Source: Nemertoderma westbladi
Lineage: Eukaryota > Animalia > Xenacoelomorpha
Direction of reading: 5' to 3'
Length of the DNA stretch: 37,046 nucleotides
Assembly (NCBI GenBank): GCA_032718475.1
Contig: JAUCBJ010004660.1
Location: 1 to 37,046 of the forward strand
In this document: one piece after another, positions 35,427 through 37,046 of the stretch
Layout of the letters: each line of letters begins with the position of its first letter
How positions within the stretch are numbered: position 1 is the first letter of the stretch
The notes under the pieces: generated by a model
What the model was told of the DNA's origin: nothing
Seen by the model: only the letters and a program-made list of their open reading frames with translations
Database searches by the model: none
Made by a program: the position numbers and the translations under genes

Positions 35427-35959
35427 GGTAAAACAGACTGTAAACAAGGGGGGGAAAGAATTACGCGGAAAAATGACCAGAGAGGGAGGAAAAACGCAGA
35501 GAGAAAGGAAAAACGCAATAATGTATTTTTGTGCCATACATACTGTAATTTTATTAGAATTGTTATACATTTTTGTAAATAATGAAACATCAATATTAAT
35601 ATTATATATTTAACAAAAGATACACCCCCGTTCGGGGTAAATAAATATTAATATTATATGAGAACATGTAGTATACATAATATAGAGCATTGTTGTACAT
35701 TATAGATTAATTTAAACAAATTTAACTTATTCAACAAATAATTCAGCTCCTTTTACTGTCGTTATATTGTTCCAAAATCGATTTATTATCAATGTAAGGA
35801 CACCACCACATATGGCAGATCGCAGATGGGTCGTGTCCCCTCAAAATATATTTTTATGAACGAAGCCGTCAGGTATTTTATTGAAGTTTGCAACGTATTT
35901 ATAGCAGTTAGGACATCTTCGTTTGTCTCTTATTGGCTCTCATCTATACCTCAAGGCCT

Positions 35960-36260
35960 TAAGGTGTAGTCATTTGGGAGCAGCCTATTATATATAATAA
36001 TATAATACCACCAACCTCAACTATTGGATCTATTTTACTAAAATATCTTTAGTAAACAATTATCCTTTACGTCTAGCTATCAACGTAGGCTACTCTACCC
36101 TTAAGACAAGGCTATGTTCATCTCAAAAATCTATTAGTTTTCAGGGCCAACAATATGGATCTCTGTCCCCTCTGCTGCCGTAAAAGATAAAAAATCTAAA
36201 ATACAGTACCCTTTTCGAAACACTTTAAACGTCACCTTCTAATAATATTAAAGTACACTT
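35960..36260 (+). mobile_element. Decayed 3' end of a CR1/L2-like LINE
   Basis: Translates to ...NYPLR...QKSISFQGPTIW...FRKHFKRHLL, paralleling NYNSR...QQSFAMQGPLIW at ~5915-6020. Confidence 0.55.
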
Positions 36261-37046
36261 TAAACAATCAATAAAACATACATCTTACAAATTTTCCATA
36301 ACCTTTTCAATCCAATATTTTATATTTTATTTATTTCATAACCCGACTCATTAGTTTAGTTTTATATACCTGGAACAGCATCGGAACAACAGTGAAACTA
36401 TAGAAATGTGCAGGAGATTAACGTAGAATAATTAATTATTTGTGTATTAACAGTAACAATCTCACACCTCACAATTCACATAATAGTAATACCCCCCCCC
36501 CCCCCCCCCCTTTTTTTTTTTTTCACGCACTGCACACCACCCCTACGTGCCCGGCACTCCCAGACAATACATTGGGCTATAATACTAGCCACGCCATTGT
36601 CCAAAGTATTATTGTAACTTAACTTTTAATATTGTAATTATACAATATACTGTATATCTTACTCTATATGTGCAATGTGAGTATCGGATTACACAATTAA
36701 ACAATACAATTTAAACAATTGTCTTCTTTAGTCTAAAATTCGCAACTGTTCGGTGGTCCACCCACACGAGCAAGACCATGTACTACTGTACTACAGTACA
36801 TGCACGTGTTGCACATGATGGGCGTACTTGACTGCGGGATTGCTGGAAATCCCCCCCCCCCCCCCCCCCCCCCCCCGCTAATTGGCAGTCCTCCGTTTGA
36901 TAATTCCCGTATCAAAACACCGTACTCGTGGATGCATTTGAAGTCATGACACATTATTGAAAGTTTATTATTTTACTCATAAGTATAGAAAACTATATAA
37001 TTTATTTGTCAATATAACGATTAACGGATGCTCGTTTAATTAAACG

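Noticed and set aside
36490-36877. Poly-C tracts and the short ORFs crossing them (36440-36622, 36733-36954)
   Set aside because: Homopolymers giving poly-P/poly-G translations with no recognisable domain.

Overview
A transposon-dense, AT-rich eukaryotic region (probably an invertebrate animal) with no recognisable host gene. Bases 1-18600 are nested, decayed elements: a CR1/L2 (Crack-like) LINE interrupted by a 5'-truncated RTE LINE, further LINE fragments, a local duplication of this block (about 1078-10358 vs 10632-15500), and an internally deleted piggyBac inserted into a LINE. Bases 18660-35419 are a roughly 16.8 kb BEL/Pao LTR retrotransposon on the minus strand (gag-PR-RT-RNaseH-IN, with three nonsense codons and one frameshift). 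It has several unusual traits. (1) An extra ORF after integrase encodes three CCHC knuckles plus an unrecognised domain, and a diverged, decayed homologue lies independently at about 6672-7505 (+). (2) The shared LTR sequence starts with a tRNA-like A-box/B-box/T-run unit, followed by 3 CCAAT boxes, an HSE-like site and a TATA box. (3) A quasi-palindromic 17-mer is scattered 8 times through coding and non-coding parts. (4) Three hairpins lie in the 5' leader. (5) A 1.2 kb insertion in gag may be spliceable. All family assignments come from motif recognition by eye; no searches were run.
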